From positions 1 to 64,000 of IMG/VR virus record IMGVR_UViG_3300022752_000055: a stretch of DNA of 64,000 nt; one strand, given 5' to 3'. Both the position numbers and the translations under genes were made by a program. The notes under the pieces were generated by a model, which had not been told where the DNA came from, ran no database searches, and saw only the letters and a list, made by a program, of their open reading frames with translations. The DNA comes from a virus. Shown here piece by piece: positions 49,698 to 59,310 of the stretch. The stretch's first letter is position 1; the number at the start of each line of letters is the position of its first letter.

Positions 49698-50136
49698 GGG
49701 TATCTATATCAATATAGAAGTTTGCAATATCAAATGTTCTATTATCTTTAAGTCGTAGTTCCCGGGGGATTTCTTCGGACCTGCCAACGCTATTTAGAAT
49801 ATTTTCAATGTCTCTAACAAGGGGTCTAAAATATGCAACCCTTTCTTCTGAGGTCCCCCCTTCAAAGAATGTTGCAAAGTTTGATACACCCCAAAGAGAT
49901 TTACGTTCAGATGATGGGGATTTGGCATAATACTTTGTATAGAAGGTATCAATCTCATACTTTGGCATAAGTTCTTTTAACTTATATATGTCAATGTATA
50001 TGTCTAAGAATATTAATGAGGTATATTGTTCCACATCATCGGGGACCGCAAATCTAACAATAAATGGATATGTTTTTTTTAATATCTTTTTAACCGCCCT
50101 ATATGGGAAACTCTGTTCTACGTCCTGTTTATTCAT
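49669..50136 (-). CDS. hypothetical protein
   Basis: 155-aa ORF; TATTTATA upstream. Confidence 0.7.
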   Translation of the reverse strand: MNKQDVEQSFPYRAVKKILKKTYPFIVRFAVPDDVEQYTSLIFLDIYIDIYKLKELMPKYEIDTFYTKYYAKSPSSERKSLWGVSNFATFFEGGTSEERVAYFRPLVRDIENILNSVGRSEEIPRELRLKDNRTFDIANFYIDIDTLMSGLPSQP

Positions 50137-50205
50137 ACATATAAATATGTCATATATATAAAAAACATATTTGGTGGAGTCAATAAGAAGTCGTACCTTT
50201 GTTCT

Positions 50206-50625
50206 ATGATAAAATTAAAGACACGTACAGACACACTTACCAAAGCCCAAAAAAGAAGGGTTGTTGATGCTACCATTAAATGGTGCAATGCAAACTTGGG
50301 GGTTAATAACCGGAGAAAGAATAAGTTAACCTACTCCGTTATCGTTCAGACCCCCAAGATTGTTAAAATTATGAACGCCGAAGCAATGGGGATGTTTAAC
50401 CCCAAGTCCAATAAGTTAATTGTATTCCATAATAACACTGATACAGTTATGGAGATGGTCCAAACAACCATTCACGAATACACCCACTACTTGCAACCTA
50501 TCGCAAAGTATTATCAGTTCTTCAATAAGAACTATGGGTATAAGGACAACCCCTTTGAAGTTCAAGCATTCGGGAATGAGAAGTATTATAAGAAGTGTTG
50601 GAAGTCCATTAAAGGTTCATTATAA
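50206..50625 (+). CDS. zincin-type metallopeptidase-like protein
   Basis: TTIHEYTHYLQ...NPFEVQA; TACCTTTG promoter at 50194-50201. Confidence 0.75.
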   Translation: MIKLKTRTDTLTKAQKRRVVDATIKWCNANLGVNNRRKNKLTYSVIVQTPKIVKIMNAEAMGMFNPKSNKLIVFHNNTDTVMEMVQTTIHEYTHYLQPIAKYYQFFNKNYGYKDNPFEVQAFGNEKYYKKCWKSIKGSL

Positions 50626-50860
50626 GTTCCTGACACTTCGAAACGATGTCCTTGGGGGTGATATTCTCACCCCCATATTCGTATAGTCCCTCCACCTTCG
50701 CATCCACACAACTCCATTTCGTTGGAAGAATAGGTTTGTTAATCCATCCCCTCTTCGGTCTCTCAAAATATAATAGTCCAAGTGATATCCCACTCACACT
50801 TACCTCCACACATATCCGGTCCTCCGTTAATCTATTAATGTCGTATGTCAATTTGTCCAT
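50609..50860 (-). CDS. hypothetical protein
   Basis: Start moved to MDKLTYDINR. Confidence 0.6.
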   Translation of the reverse strand: MDKLTYDINRLTEDRICVEVSVSGISLGLLYFERPKRGWINKPILPTKWSCVDAKVEGLYEYGGENITPKDIVSKCQELIMNL

Positions 50861-50880
50861 GTGTATAACATAGTAAAAAA

Positions 50881-50995
50881 TGTGGATAAATAAAGCTCTT
50901 GACCTGACAGGAGGGAAGTTATCCACATTGTCATAGTGTCAGGTGGGGATAACTTTTTGTTAAAATATTTGAAAATGTCAGAATGTCAGTCGAGG
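50881..50995. promoter_or_regulatory. DnaA-box cluster 2
   Basis: TGTGGATAA at 50881, TTATCCACA at 50919, TGGGGATAA at 50944; ATTGTCATAGTGTCA is shared with cluster 1. Confidence 0.65.
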
Positions 50996-51607
50996 TTTGG
51001 AGTGGGGACAATCCCTTTCCCCAATTCTAACTAAACATATATAAACATTTCCTCCCACATTTTACCACCATTATTGGGTTCCTGATAGTATAAACCCCAC
51101 TTTTTCCCTTCTGACGCTATCAGGAAGACCACTTTTTTACTATATCTAATTTCCAGATAAAAAAAGATAGGTTAAACAAAATGCGGGGGAGTCCTCGTAG
51201 AGGACCTTCAGGAGTATATCTTCAACGGAAAATTGTTTTATACCCCCATTTATTCCAACGAAAAAGTGTATTAGAATGACACTTTTATGAACGATAATAT
51301 TCCCCATTCAACCGGACAATTCATGGTGGGAAAAGGTGGGAGTTATTAATCATATCTTTATAATCAGGTTTAACCTGACAAATAAGATATATAAGATAAC
51401 TCATAATACTGTCAGATTATTAATGTATTATCGGAAAAAATCCGATAGGATAGTTATTTCCTTACATATAGTCCTGACATCATACACCACATTAAAACGT
51501 CCATTAATATATGGGGGATAATATAAATGGGGAAGAAATGATTAACTTATGAATGAGGACAACCCACCATCGTAGATGGGGGGAATTTGTTGTCCGGAGT
51601 GAATGAG

Positions 51608-52402
51608 TTAATCATTTCTTCCATTAATAATAGATAATCTTTCTTTCTCTATATTACAATATTCTTCTGATATTTCTGAACCTATGTAGTTTCTCTTTGT
51701 TAGTATAGATATTTTGGATGTTGTACCTGAACCCATAAAAGGGTCGTATATAATATCACCTTCATTAGACCAAGATAGTATATGTTTCTTTACTAGTTCT
51801 TCCGGGAATATTGCAGGGTGTTTGAATGCAACCTTATCATTTGTTGTATTTCCTCCACCCACATAAAAATCCCATACATTATAATCCGGGACCATCTCCT
51901 TTATATAATAATCATTCTCATTAAACTCCCCATCCTTATTTCTTGAGAACTTCTTTTTTCTATACGTCCTCTTATCATTACATTTGTTACTTCTAGGTCT
52001 TAATGATATATTCGTTGTATTTGGTTTACCTTTGCTTAATACAAACATATATTCAAAACTCTGCTGATATCTTGTTCCGGCGTTTGGTGGCGGATTTAAC
52101 TTTCTATATATCATAGTGTCGTGCACATTAAAACCAATCTCATTAAAATATATCGCTTGCTTAAATGAACTTAACGTTTCTGACCCCTTTTTGGTCGCAT
52201 CATTAACAACCCATACAACAACCCCACCTTGCTTGGTAACCCGGTATAATTCCCTTGCAATGTCCTCAAACGGAAACGAATATCCATTGTATGCTCTCAG
52301 GTCATCGTATGGCGGAGATGTTATGGTTAAATCAATAAAATTATCATCCATCCTTCCCATCGTTATTAAACAGTCCTCATTATATGTCTTATTTATTTCC
52401 AT
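51608..52402 (-). CDS. DNA methyltransferase, N4-C/N6-A beta class
   Basis: TSPPY, HPAIFP, DPFMGSGTT; no restriction enzyme adjacent. Confidence 0.92.
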   Translation of the reverse strand: MEINKTYNEDCLITMGRMDDNFIDLTITSPPYDDLRAYNGYSFPFEDIARELYRVTKQGGVVVWVVNDATKKGSETLSSFKQAIYFNEIGFNVHDTMIYRKLNPPPNAGTRYQQSFEYMFVLSKGKPNTTNISLRPRSNKCNDKRTYRKKKFSRNKDGEFNENDYYIKEMVPDYNVWDFYVGGGNTTNDKVAFKHPAIFPEELVKKHILSWSNEGDIIYDPFMGSGTTSKISILTKRNYIGSEISEEYCNIEKERLSIINGRND

Positions 52403-52465
52403 CACACACAATAATAATAAAAATATTGGAATAAGTTAATCATTTATTCCCTATATTTATGTATT

Positions 52466-52783
52466 ATGGAAAACAAACTTAGAGTACTTAGAAGATTATA
52501 TGCGATTGAGAATCTAATTGAATATAGGTTGGATGATTATACTGACATGATTTTGTCTAATAATGATTCTAGATTTTTTGGGTTATGTAATGAGAATGAA
52601 GATTATTTTTATGAAGTTGTTAGTAGGTGGGTTATGGAACAAATGTATTATAATCACTTTAGTGATATTGATGACACATCTGAAGAGTGGTCTGAAATAT
52701 ATAAAATGATGGAAATGTATATTGATACATTATATAGTAAAAAAATTAAAGACTTTTTTAATAATAAATGTAGTGGGAAATAG
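52466..52783 (+). CDS. RR-family hypothetical protein
   Basis: VLRRLYAIENLI; TATTTAT upstream. Confidence 0.7.
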   Translation: MENKLRVLRRLYAIENLIEYRLDDYTDMILSNNDSRFFGLCNENEDYFYEVVSRWVMEQMYYNHFSDIDDTSEEWSEIYKMMEMYIDTLYSKKIKDFFNNKCSGK

Positions 52784-53140
52784 TTATTTCTCTATATTAT
52801 TTTTATAATACTCCGCAATCTTATCGTAATACATTGTTTTAAAAAACTCTCTTAGTTCCTCTTCCTCATCATCTGTAATAATCATTTCCGGTTCTAATTC
52901 TCCTTCATCCCAATTTTCAAATATAGGGGAAATGTTATCAATATAAAAACCATCAATAACACTATCAATAAACCACTCAATACCTTTCTCTTTTAATCTT
53001 GTTTTGTAATAATTAAAAGTCCATATTGTTGATTCAAGAATAAGTTCATCAATGTCATTCAATCTTCTTACCACCATGTTGATGAGTTTTCTATCAACTT
53101 CTTCCTTTAATACTTTTCTTATTATTTGTTGTATACTCAT
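52784..53140 (-). CDS. leader-bearing RR-family protein (class C)
   Basis: MSIQQIIRKVLKEE...VVRRLNDIDELI. Confidence 0.75.
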   Translation of the reverse strand: MSIQQIIRKVLKEEVDRKLINMVVRRLNDIDELILESTIWTFNYYKTRLKEKGIEWFIDSVIDGFYIDNISPIFENWDEGELEPEMIITDDEEEELREFFKTMYYDKIAEYYKNNIEK

Positions 53141-53697
53141 TTCTCTATGTTATTTCCCCCGCCATCTAGTTTATCTGTAAATCCCATTAACTTGTCAAAT
53201 GCCGGGTGTAATGATATCGGTTCCTTCTTTGTATCTCTCATTGCATCCCACGTGCTAGGTTTAACCTTCATATGGTTTTGAACCAAGTACTTTATCTCAT
53301 CAATATCCGTTCCATCAAATGTTAATATCCAATCCTTAAATTGTTCCACATAATTCGTAGATTTGTTCTCGTGCCCGTATGCCGTTGGTTCCCCCGTTTT
53401 TGGATTAATACCATATGTATCCATCTTCCCCAAGTCATGGAATAGTGCCGCCATAATCATATTGACATCATCAGGATAGTGATGATATGCCCTCTTTATA
53501 ACAACGAGTATATGTTTTAAACTATTTCCCTCCGGATGCCACTTCGGGTTTTGCTTTGCTCCCCATTGCTTAAATAACAACTTCTTTAATTCTTCCGGTA
53601 AAGTCCTAATTAACTCATTTGGCGTTGCAGGCAATTTTTCCTCACATATAAGGTTAATAACTTGTTTTATTCTCTGTATGTTTTCTTGTAGGTTCAT
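53137..53697 (-). CDS. leader-bearing HD-domain phosphohydrolase
   Basis: MNLQENIQRIKQ; QNPKWHPEG...H...ALFHDLGK...GHE...NHM, as in the HD domains of CCA-adding enzymes. Confidence 0.85.
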   Translation of the reverse strand: MNLQENIQRIKQVINLICEEKLPATPNELIRTLPEELKKLLFKQWGAKQNPKWHPEGNSLKHILVVIKRAYHHYPDDVNMIMAALFHDLGKMDTYGINPKTGEPTAYGHENKSTNYVEQFKDWILTFDGTDIDEIKYLVQNHMKVKPSTWDAMRDTKKEPISLHPAFDKLMGFTDKLDGGGNNIEK

Positions 53698-54143
53698 ATC
53701 TTAATTATTAATACATTTGGTGTTATTCCTATTGCCGCTGCGGTGCATAATCTTGTATTACCCGCAACTAAATGATATCTATTTCCAAACTGAATTATCA
53801 TAGGTGGATTATAATCACCCGATTCCAAACTCTTTTTTAATTTGTTTGGGTTTGTTTTATTATACTTCTTTGCAATTTTTTCCACCGATTTTATATCTCC
53901 TTTATCTATTTCATTTGACTCCGTATTTTCCAACTTGGACCATATTGACTTTGTTAGTTTCTTTGGTTCCGCATTTTTAAATTTTTCTTTAACTTCCTTA
54001 ACCGAAATATCAATATCTTCATCCCTTGATAAATCCTGAACAGCCCTTTCAATCTCATCCATTTCTGAATTGATATATGATTTGGTGGATTCATTAATCC
54101 CCATCATCTGTTTAATCCTATGTATGTTTTCTTGTAAGTTCAT
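53694..54143 (-). CDS. leader-bearing ParB/Srx-like domain protein
   Basis: MNLQENIHRIKQMMGINE; PPMII...YHLVAGNTRL. Confidence 0.7.
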   Translation of the reverse strand: MNLQENIHRIKQMMGINESTKSYINSEMDEIERAVQDLSRDEDIDISVKEVKEKFKNAEPKKLTKSIWSKLENTESNEIDKGDIKSVEKIAKKYNKTNPNKLKKSLESGDYNPPMIIQFGNRYHLVAGNTRLCTAAAIGITPNVLIIKI

Positions 54144-54144
54144 T

Positions 54145-54561
54145 TTACTTTTTTTTCTTTACACAATTTGGATATCTTTTACCAAACATTGTTTTCATCC
54201 CCTTTTGGGTATATCCCGCCCAACATCTTTCAGTTATTTCACCTTCATTCTGCTCTTCTTTACGAGGTTTATCTAGTTCGTTAACAGATTTTACAAATCT
54301 ACGACATTTATCACTAACTCCACCCTTTTCGTGGTCGGTTATTGATATTTTAACCTTGTTGTAATTTATTGTAATGTTCGGATGATGGTTTTGTTGTTCA
54401 GCTATCTTCGCAACTTTATTAACAAAATCAATTGAATCATTAAACTCTTTGAATTTAAATGTTTTTTCCAATTTTTGCTTTGAGTCACCCCAACCTTTGG
54501 ATTCGTTTACATCCATTACCATTTCCAATAATGCTTGTCTTATATTTTCTTGTAAGTTCAT
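54145..54561 (-). CDS. leader-bearing pterin-4a-carbinolamine dehydratase-like protein with a CWxGY tail
   Basis: LEKTFKFKEF...VNKVAKIAEQQNHHP...DHEKGGVS; C-terminal CWAGYTQKGMK...PNCV. Confidence 0.8.
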   Translation of the reverse strand: MNLQENIRQALLEMVMDVNESKGWGDSKQKLEKTFKFKEFNDSIDFVNKVAKIAEQQNHHPNITINYNKVKISITDHEKGGVSDKCRRFVKSVNELDKPRKEEQNEGEITERCWAGYTQKGMKTMFGKRYPNCVKKKK

Positions 54562-54594
54562 AATGATATAAATATCCTGTATATTTATAATGAT

Positions 54595-55014
54595 ATGAAA
54601 TATATAATAACTGAGGAACAATTAAAAGGTATTAACAAAACAATTATTAAACTGATTGATACTGAAGGTATTTTTAAGGCTATTGATGTTGTTGGTGATT
54701 ATGATACCCTTAAAGAACTATTGGGTGATTATGAAATACCTAGACAACTTAAGATTGATACTATAAAAGAATTTATGAGTCAGAGAGCAGCAACCGGATT
54801 TCACCTCGGTGAATTTGATGAAGAACCAATACCTTATTTTGAAAATAATGATGGCTATCATCAAATTGAATATTTGGGACCATCAAAAGCAATAATTAAT
54901 GTGTGGGGTGGTTATAATGGTCAAACTGATTTGGGTGAATATGGAGTATCTTATGGAGATTTACCTGAAAAGTCATTAGATGACATAATCGAAATGTTAA
55001 TCAACCATTACTAA
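54595..55014 (+). CDS. leader-bearing hypothetical protein (class B)
   Basis: MKYIITEEQL. Confidence 0.8.
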   Translation: MKYIITEEQLKGINKTIIKLIDTEGIFKAIDVVGDYDTLKELLGDYEIPRQLKIDTIKEFMSQRAATGFHLGEFDEEPIPYFENNDGYHQIEYLGPSKAIINVWGGYNGQTDLGEYGVSYGDLPEKSLDDIIEMLINHY

Positions 55015-55397
55015 TGAAATATATAATAGACGATTTTAGTGAAGAGCAATTAATGAAAATTATTCGTAAATTTGTTCGTCACATATACGGAAAAGATTTA
55101 ACTATGGTTGAGGATAGTGAAAGATATATTAAATTCTTTTCAGTTGGACCGGTACCACCATACCATAGAAATATGGCGGGTCGCTTATGGGTTTATGATG
55201 ATAGATTAATAAACATAATTATGGACTTTTTTTCAACCGATTACGACCAAGCACTTGGTTTGGTTGCATTCTATTTCTCAAACAAATATGACATTAAAAT
55301 AATGGATGCCAAAGTTCCATCTCACGTATTTTTTGGTAAAATAGATTATTCACGATTTGACGATGAGAATTACCATATTGAAGATGATGAAGATTAA
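55014..55397 (+). CDS. leader-bearing hypothetical protein (class B variant)
   Basis: MKYIIDDFSEEQL. Confidence 0.75.
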   Translation: MKYIIDDFSEEQLMKIIRKFVRHIYGKDLTMVEDSERYIKFFSVGPVPPYHRNMAGRLWVYDDRLINIIMDFFSTDYDQALGLVAFYFSNKYDIKIMDAKVPSHVFFGKIDYSRFDDENYHIEDDED

Positions 55398-55399
55398 TT

Positions 55400-55732
55400 A
55401 TGAAATATATTATAACAGAAAATAGTTTAAGGAGAGTTCAGTTTAAGTATTTGGATTACTTATTTGAGGGTATGCATGTAATTAAAATGCTTTCACCGGA
55501 TGATAATATATTTTCAGGGCCTAATGCAATATTTTGGAAAAAAAATGATAGTATATTATTGGTACTTAGAATTCGCGAAAAAAATAAATTAGAAGTTACA
55601 TATCCAATTTGGGAAGATATATCCAATATGTTTTCATTGGATTATTATGAAACTCAGGAACTTATGGAAGAATGGGCGGAACAACGTTTGGGGGTGGGAA
55701 AAGTCAAAGCCGCATCGGTTGATTTTTTTTAA
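55400..55732 (+). CDS. leader-bearing paralog of the array-carrying gene
   Basis: MKYIITENSL; body aligns by eye to 37280-37579. Confidence 0.8.
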   Translation: MKYIITENSLRRVQFKYLDYLFEGMHVIKMLSPDDNIFSGPNAIFWKKNDSILLVLRIREKNKLEVTYPIWEDISNMFSLDYYETQELMEEWAEQRLGVGKVKAASVDFF

Positions 55733-55744
55733 TAAATTAAAATT

Positions 55745-56044
55745 ATGAAATACATTATAACGGAAGAACAAAACTATTATTTAAGAAGATTACGTATTAT
55801 TGATAATTTAATTAAAAGTTCTCTTGAAATGTTTGATTTATGGGGAATTAAAAAAATAGATGTTGATTATATGATTAAATTTCTCACAACAGATGTTACT
55901 GAATCTTATTTTTTTAAATTCAGTGACGACATTTATGTTGGCGGTGAGGAATATGATGAATTAACCGATTTTGTTGAATCGTATTTAAATAGTAGTTGGA
56001 GAGATAAACTTGAAAAAATAATAAAAAGTAAGAAAGGAAAATGA
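55745..56044 (+). CDS. leader-bearing RR-family protein
   Basis: MKYIITEEQNYYLRRL. Confidence 0.8.
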   Translation: MKYIITEEQNYYLRRLRIIDNLIKSSLEMFDLWGIKKIDVDYMIKFLTTDVTESYFFKFSDDIYVGGEEYDELTDFVESYLNSSWRDKLEKIIKSKKGK

Positions 56045-56352
56045 AATACGTTATAACTGAAGAACAACAAAAAAGTTTAAAAAACCATATGTTAGAACTT
56101 TTAAATTATAGTTTTAAAGATAGTAATATTGTTTGTGAAATAAAAGTAACCGATGTTGAAGAAGATGATGATGATTATAACGACGGATTAAGATATGATA
56201 TTTACGTTTTCATTAACTCCTCGTTCACTAGAGCTGTCGGCATTTACGGATATAAAGTTGCAACACAAAGAAAAATAGATTCCTTAATGGAAGATTGGTT
56301 TGGATTAAATAAAAACGAATATTACGTTTCAATTTCCGCTAAAGATTGTTAA
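56041..56352 (+). CDS. leader-bearing hypothetical protein
   Basis: MKYVITEEQ. Confidence 0.8.
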   Translation: MKYVITEEQQKSLKNHMLELLNYSFKDSNIVCEIKVTDVEEDDDDYNDGLRYDIYVFINSSFTRAVGIYGYKVATQRKIDSLMEDWFGLNKNEYYVSISAKDC

Positions 56353-56353
56353 T

Positions 56354-56731
56354 ATGAAATACATTATAACTGAAGAACAAAATTTAAGATTATTCAAAAT
56401 AATGGAGAATCTTATGTTAGAAAAATTTCCTGAACTTGAATTTCCTTTAGTAAAAAAGAATATTCCATCAATAAGTAATCGTGGATATGGCTCATCTTTA
56501 GATGACTATTATCTAATTACAACATCATACAAAGATGAAGATGGTGAAACTTGGTTTAAAGAATTTGATGGTAGAGACCTTTACCAAGATTCCAAATGGG
56601 AAGTTAATGATAAATTAGAATTACTTCTTGATACGTTTGATGAAGAGTTTTTTATGGATTTCGTCAAACATTATTTTAACATAGACCTTAGAGAAAAAGG
56701 TAATAAAAAATATGATTGGGTTTTTAGATAA
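56354..56731 (+). CDS. leader-bearing hypothetical protein
   Basis: MKYIITEEQ. Confidence 0.8.
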   Translation: MKYIITEEQNLRLFKIMENLMLEKFPELEFPLVKKNIPSISNRGYGSSLDDYYLITTSYKDEDGETWFKEFDGRDLYQDSKWEVNDKLELLLDTFDEEFFMDFVKHYFNIDLREKGNKKYDWVFR

Positions 56732-56740
56732 TTATACAAT

Positions 56741-57100
56741 ATGAAATACATTATAACAGAAGACAAATTAAAAAAGTTTCTAAAAAGACAATTTGGAGTT
56801 GATTTGACCGGTGATGTTGAAATGATTACTTCAGTTCATCAAATTCCTTCAGTATTTGCTAGATTCTTCAGCACAAGTGAAATTACTCGTCATTTGAACC
56901 ATTATGGACCAATGTATACAGTAAGAATAAATAAGACTGGTGAAACGTTTTTAATTCAGGATAAAGGTGGTAATGAGTTGTATATTTATACAAGCCTTGG
57001 TTATAGAATTAATGAAGAAATTTTTTTTGAAAGGATTGGAATGGAACCTATTATATCTGTTATGGATTTGATAGACCAATATTATAAAGAGGAAGATTAA
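56741..57100 (+). CDS. leader-bearing hypothetical protein
   Basis: MKYIITEDKL. Confidence 0.8.
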   Translation: MKYIITEDKLKKFLKRQFGVDLTGDVEMITSVHQIPSVFARFFSTSEITRHLNHYGPMYTVRINKTGETFLIQDKGGNELYIYTSLGYRINEEIFFERIGMEPIISVMDLIDQYYKEED

Positions 57101-57564
57101 ACGTAAACGGGCACATTATTCTTTTCTTCTTCAGTTGGTGGAAATGCATAATATACGTTAAATAAACTATAGTGTGGTTCAAAACCTATATTTTCGGCTA
57201 ACTCCTCAATTTTTTGACTTAAAGCATATGGTTGTCCTTGATAACTTTTATCTATAAAACCTCTATCAATCTCACTTCCGTAATATAAAAACGTCTCTTC
57301 TTTTCTTGAATAATTACCCCAATTCTTACTTAGTTTCGTAAAGTATTCAGGTTTGATTTCTATTAGTATTCTTGCACCCCAAGTGTGTTTAGTTAATTCC
57401 CGATGGTGTTCCGTCTCTTCTTTTAATTCAATATAATAAACTCCCTCAACCCAAGGATAATCTCCTTTGTTTAAGATAATTTTATTTATCATCTTACCTA
57501 AAACTTCCTTTGATTGAGAATCGTCCTCTCTTAATACTTTTCTTATGGTTTCTCTTAAATTCAT
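57097..57564 (-). CDS. leader-bearing hypothetical protein (class C)
   Basis: MNLRETIRKVLRED. Confidence 0.8.
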   Translation of the reverse strand: MNLRETIRKVLREDDSQSKEVLGKMINKIILNKGDYPWVEGVYYIELKEETEHHRELTKHTWGARILIEIKPEYFTKLSKNWGNYSRKEETFLYYGSEIDRGFIDKSYQGQPYALSQKIEELAENIGFEPHYSLFNVYYAFPPTEEEKNNVPVYV

Positions 57565-58484
57565 TATGATTTTTTCTTAATTAATGAGAAGTAATATCTC
57601 ATAGTGTTAAACTTATCATCAGGTTCTACTATAAGTAATGGTTTATTATCATACATTGAATCCAATTTTTCTTTGATATCAACCCAATCTAAACTAGGAA
57701 ACCAAGTAGCATAGTTTTTTAATAAATCGTTCCAAGTTTTAAATGAATCACTAAAACCATTACCCCCGTTTCTGTCAGCATGTTTCCAAAATATATATGT
57801 GGTTCCTTCTTCGTCACCACTCTCATTATAAAAATTTGAAATATATTCCGCAATATCACTACCATACTTTTCCTTTAAATAATTTGCAATTTTTTTTTCT
57901 GCATCATGAAACTCATCATTATCTAAATGTGTATGTGTTGAATCAAGTATTTCATATGCTGTGTTCTTACAAGCCCACCAAACAACTACCGCAACTACTT
58001 TTTCTAATTTAAACGATTGAATTGCAAACTTTCTAAGATAATTAATTATCTCTTCATCTGTATATCTATTTCTTCTTCTTACAAATAAAGGTATTTCACT
58101 TTCTTCTTTTATTATTGATTCATCTATATTTTTACAATTTGGACGTGAACTACCATAGATATCAACTATAATCCCAAATGTATCAATTATTAAATCTTGA
58201 AGTTCATTCATAATTTTTTCTTCTTTGTTATGAACTGCCATAGTCTTCGGCCAATTTTTTGAGCCATGCCCCGAATCAAAATAAAGTGTAACTTTGAACC
58301 TTTGATACCTTTCTCCTGAATTTTTTGTTGCAAACTTTCCTAACTCTAACTTATAATCACAGATGTATTCTTTTTCTTCACTACTCCTTAAAAAATACTC
58401 TATCAGTTTTTTGAGTGGTACTGATAAATTTTTCTTTTTTTCCTCTTCTTTTAATACTTTTCTTATGGTTTCTTGTAGATTCAT
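57564..58484 (-). CDS. leader-bearing multi-domain protein (class C)
   Basis: MNLQETIRKVLKEE; internal IDESIIKEE precedes an RR domain. Confidence 0.8.
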   Translation of the reverse strand: MNLQETIRKVLKEEEKKKNLSVPLKKLIEYFLRSSEEKEYICDYKLELGKFATKNSGERYQRFKVTLYFDSGHGSKNWPKTMAVHNKEEKIMNELQDLIIDTFGIIVDIYGSSRPNCKNIDESIIKEESEIPLFVRRRNRYTDEEIINYLRKFAIQSFKLEKVVAVVVWWACKNTAYEILDSTHTHLDNDEFHDAEKKIANYLKEKYGSDIAEYISNFYNESGDEEGTTYIFWKHADRNGGNGFSDSFKTWNDLLKNYATWFPSLDWVDIKEKLDSMYDNKPLLIVEPDDKFNTMRYYFSLIKKKS

Positions 58485-58488
58485 ATTA

Positions 58489-59310
58489 TTAATAACTTTC
58501 TCCCGTTCCTTCATAAATTAATTTTATACATTTGGATGGTATATTTTCAAATGTAAGTATATGATATTCATAATCCCCACCTCTATAATGTTTATCTTTA
58601 TACCAAGTAACTTCAGCACAATCTGTATTAATCAACCAAACATCATCATCCCAACTAGAATCAAACCAATAATTTTCATTTTCAGAGTCAGTCGCAAAAA
58701 TTGCTGGTTCACATTCTTCCTCACTAAAATTTTGTGAATAAGTTTTATAACAATCACCTACCGATGCTTGTAATCCTGTTTCAAGAATATTTTCTCTCCA
58801 AATAGGGTTTGATTTATGAATAACAAATCTATTAGGAAAATATTCATCACCCGCTGGCGAATATGTCTCTTCCTTTAATATTCTTCTTATGGTTTCTTGT
58901 AGATTATTTTTGTCTATTAACATTTCGTTAGGGTCAACACCCAATTCTTCTAAACTCCACAATATTTGGTTATATTTACCATCATAAATCTTTTTAACTA
59001 AATCATTTCTGTATGGTTCAGGGTTTGCGGTTTTTGTAATTGCATTGTAAATCCAACTATCCGGTTTCGCATCTAAAATATTTTTTAGTGTAATTAAATG
59101 AACGTATGGTTCTTTTAACCATTCTTTATAAGTTTTGGAGCTTGGGTCACCATCAATTGCTGGTGTTACAAACACCGCACCCACACTTATAAGTTTGTCA
59201 ACATCAAACGGGAGCCTATCCTCGTAAGGAATAGTATTTCTAGTCTCATCATAGTCATAAACTCTATCGTCTTCCTTTAATATTCTTCTTATGGTATGTC
59301 TTATATTCAT
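58489..59310 (-). CDS. leader-bearing two-domain protein; the C-terminal domain is ADP-ribosyltransferase/Tpt1-like
   Basis: Internal NLQETIRRILKEE, then VIHKS...NILETGL...AIFAT...VWLIN...NIPSKCI. Confidence 0.6.
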   Translation of the reverse strand: MNIRHTIRRILKEDDRVYDYDETRNTIPYEDRLPFDVDKLISVGAVFVTPAIDGDPSSKTYKEWLKEPYVHLITLKNILDAKPDSWIYNAITKTANPEPYRNDLVKKIYDGKYNQILWSLEELGVDPNEMLIDKNNLQETIRRILKEETYSPAGDEYFPNRFVIHKSNPIWRENILETGLQASVGDCYKTYSQNFSEEECEPAIFATDSENENYWFDSSWDDDVWLINTDCAEVTWYKDKHYRGGDYEYHILTFENIPSKCIKLIYEGTGESY

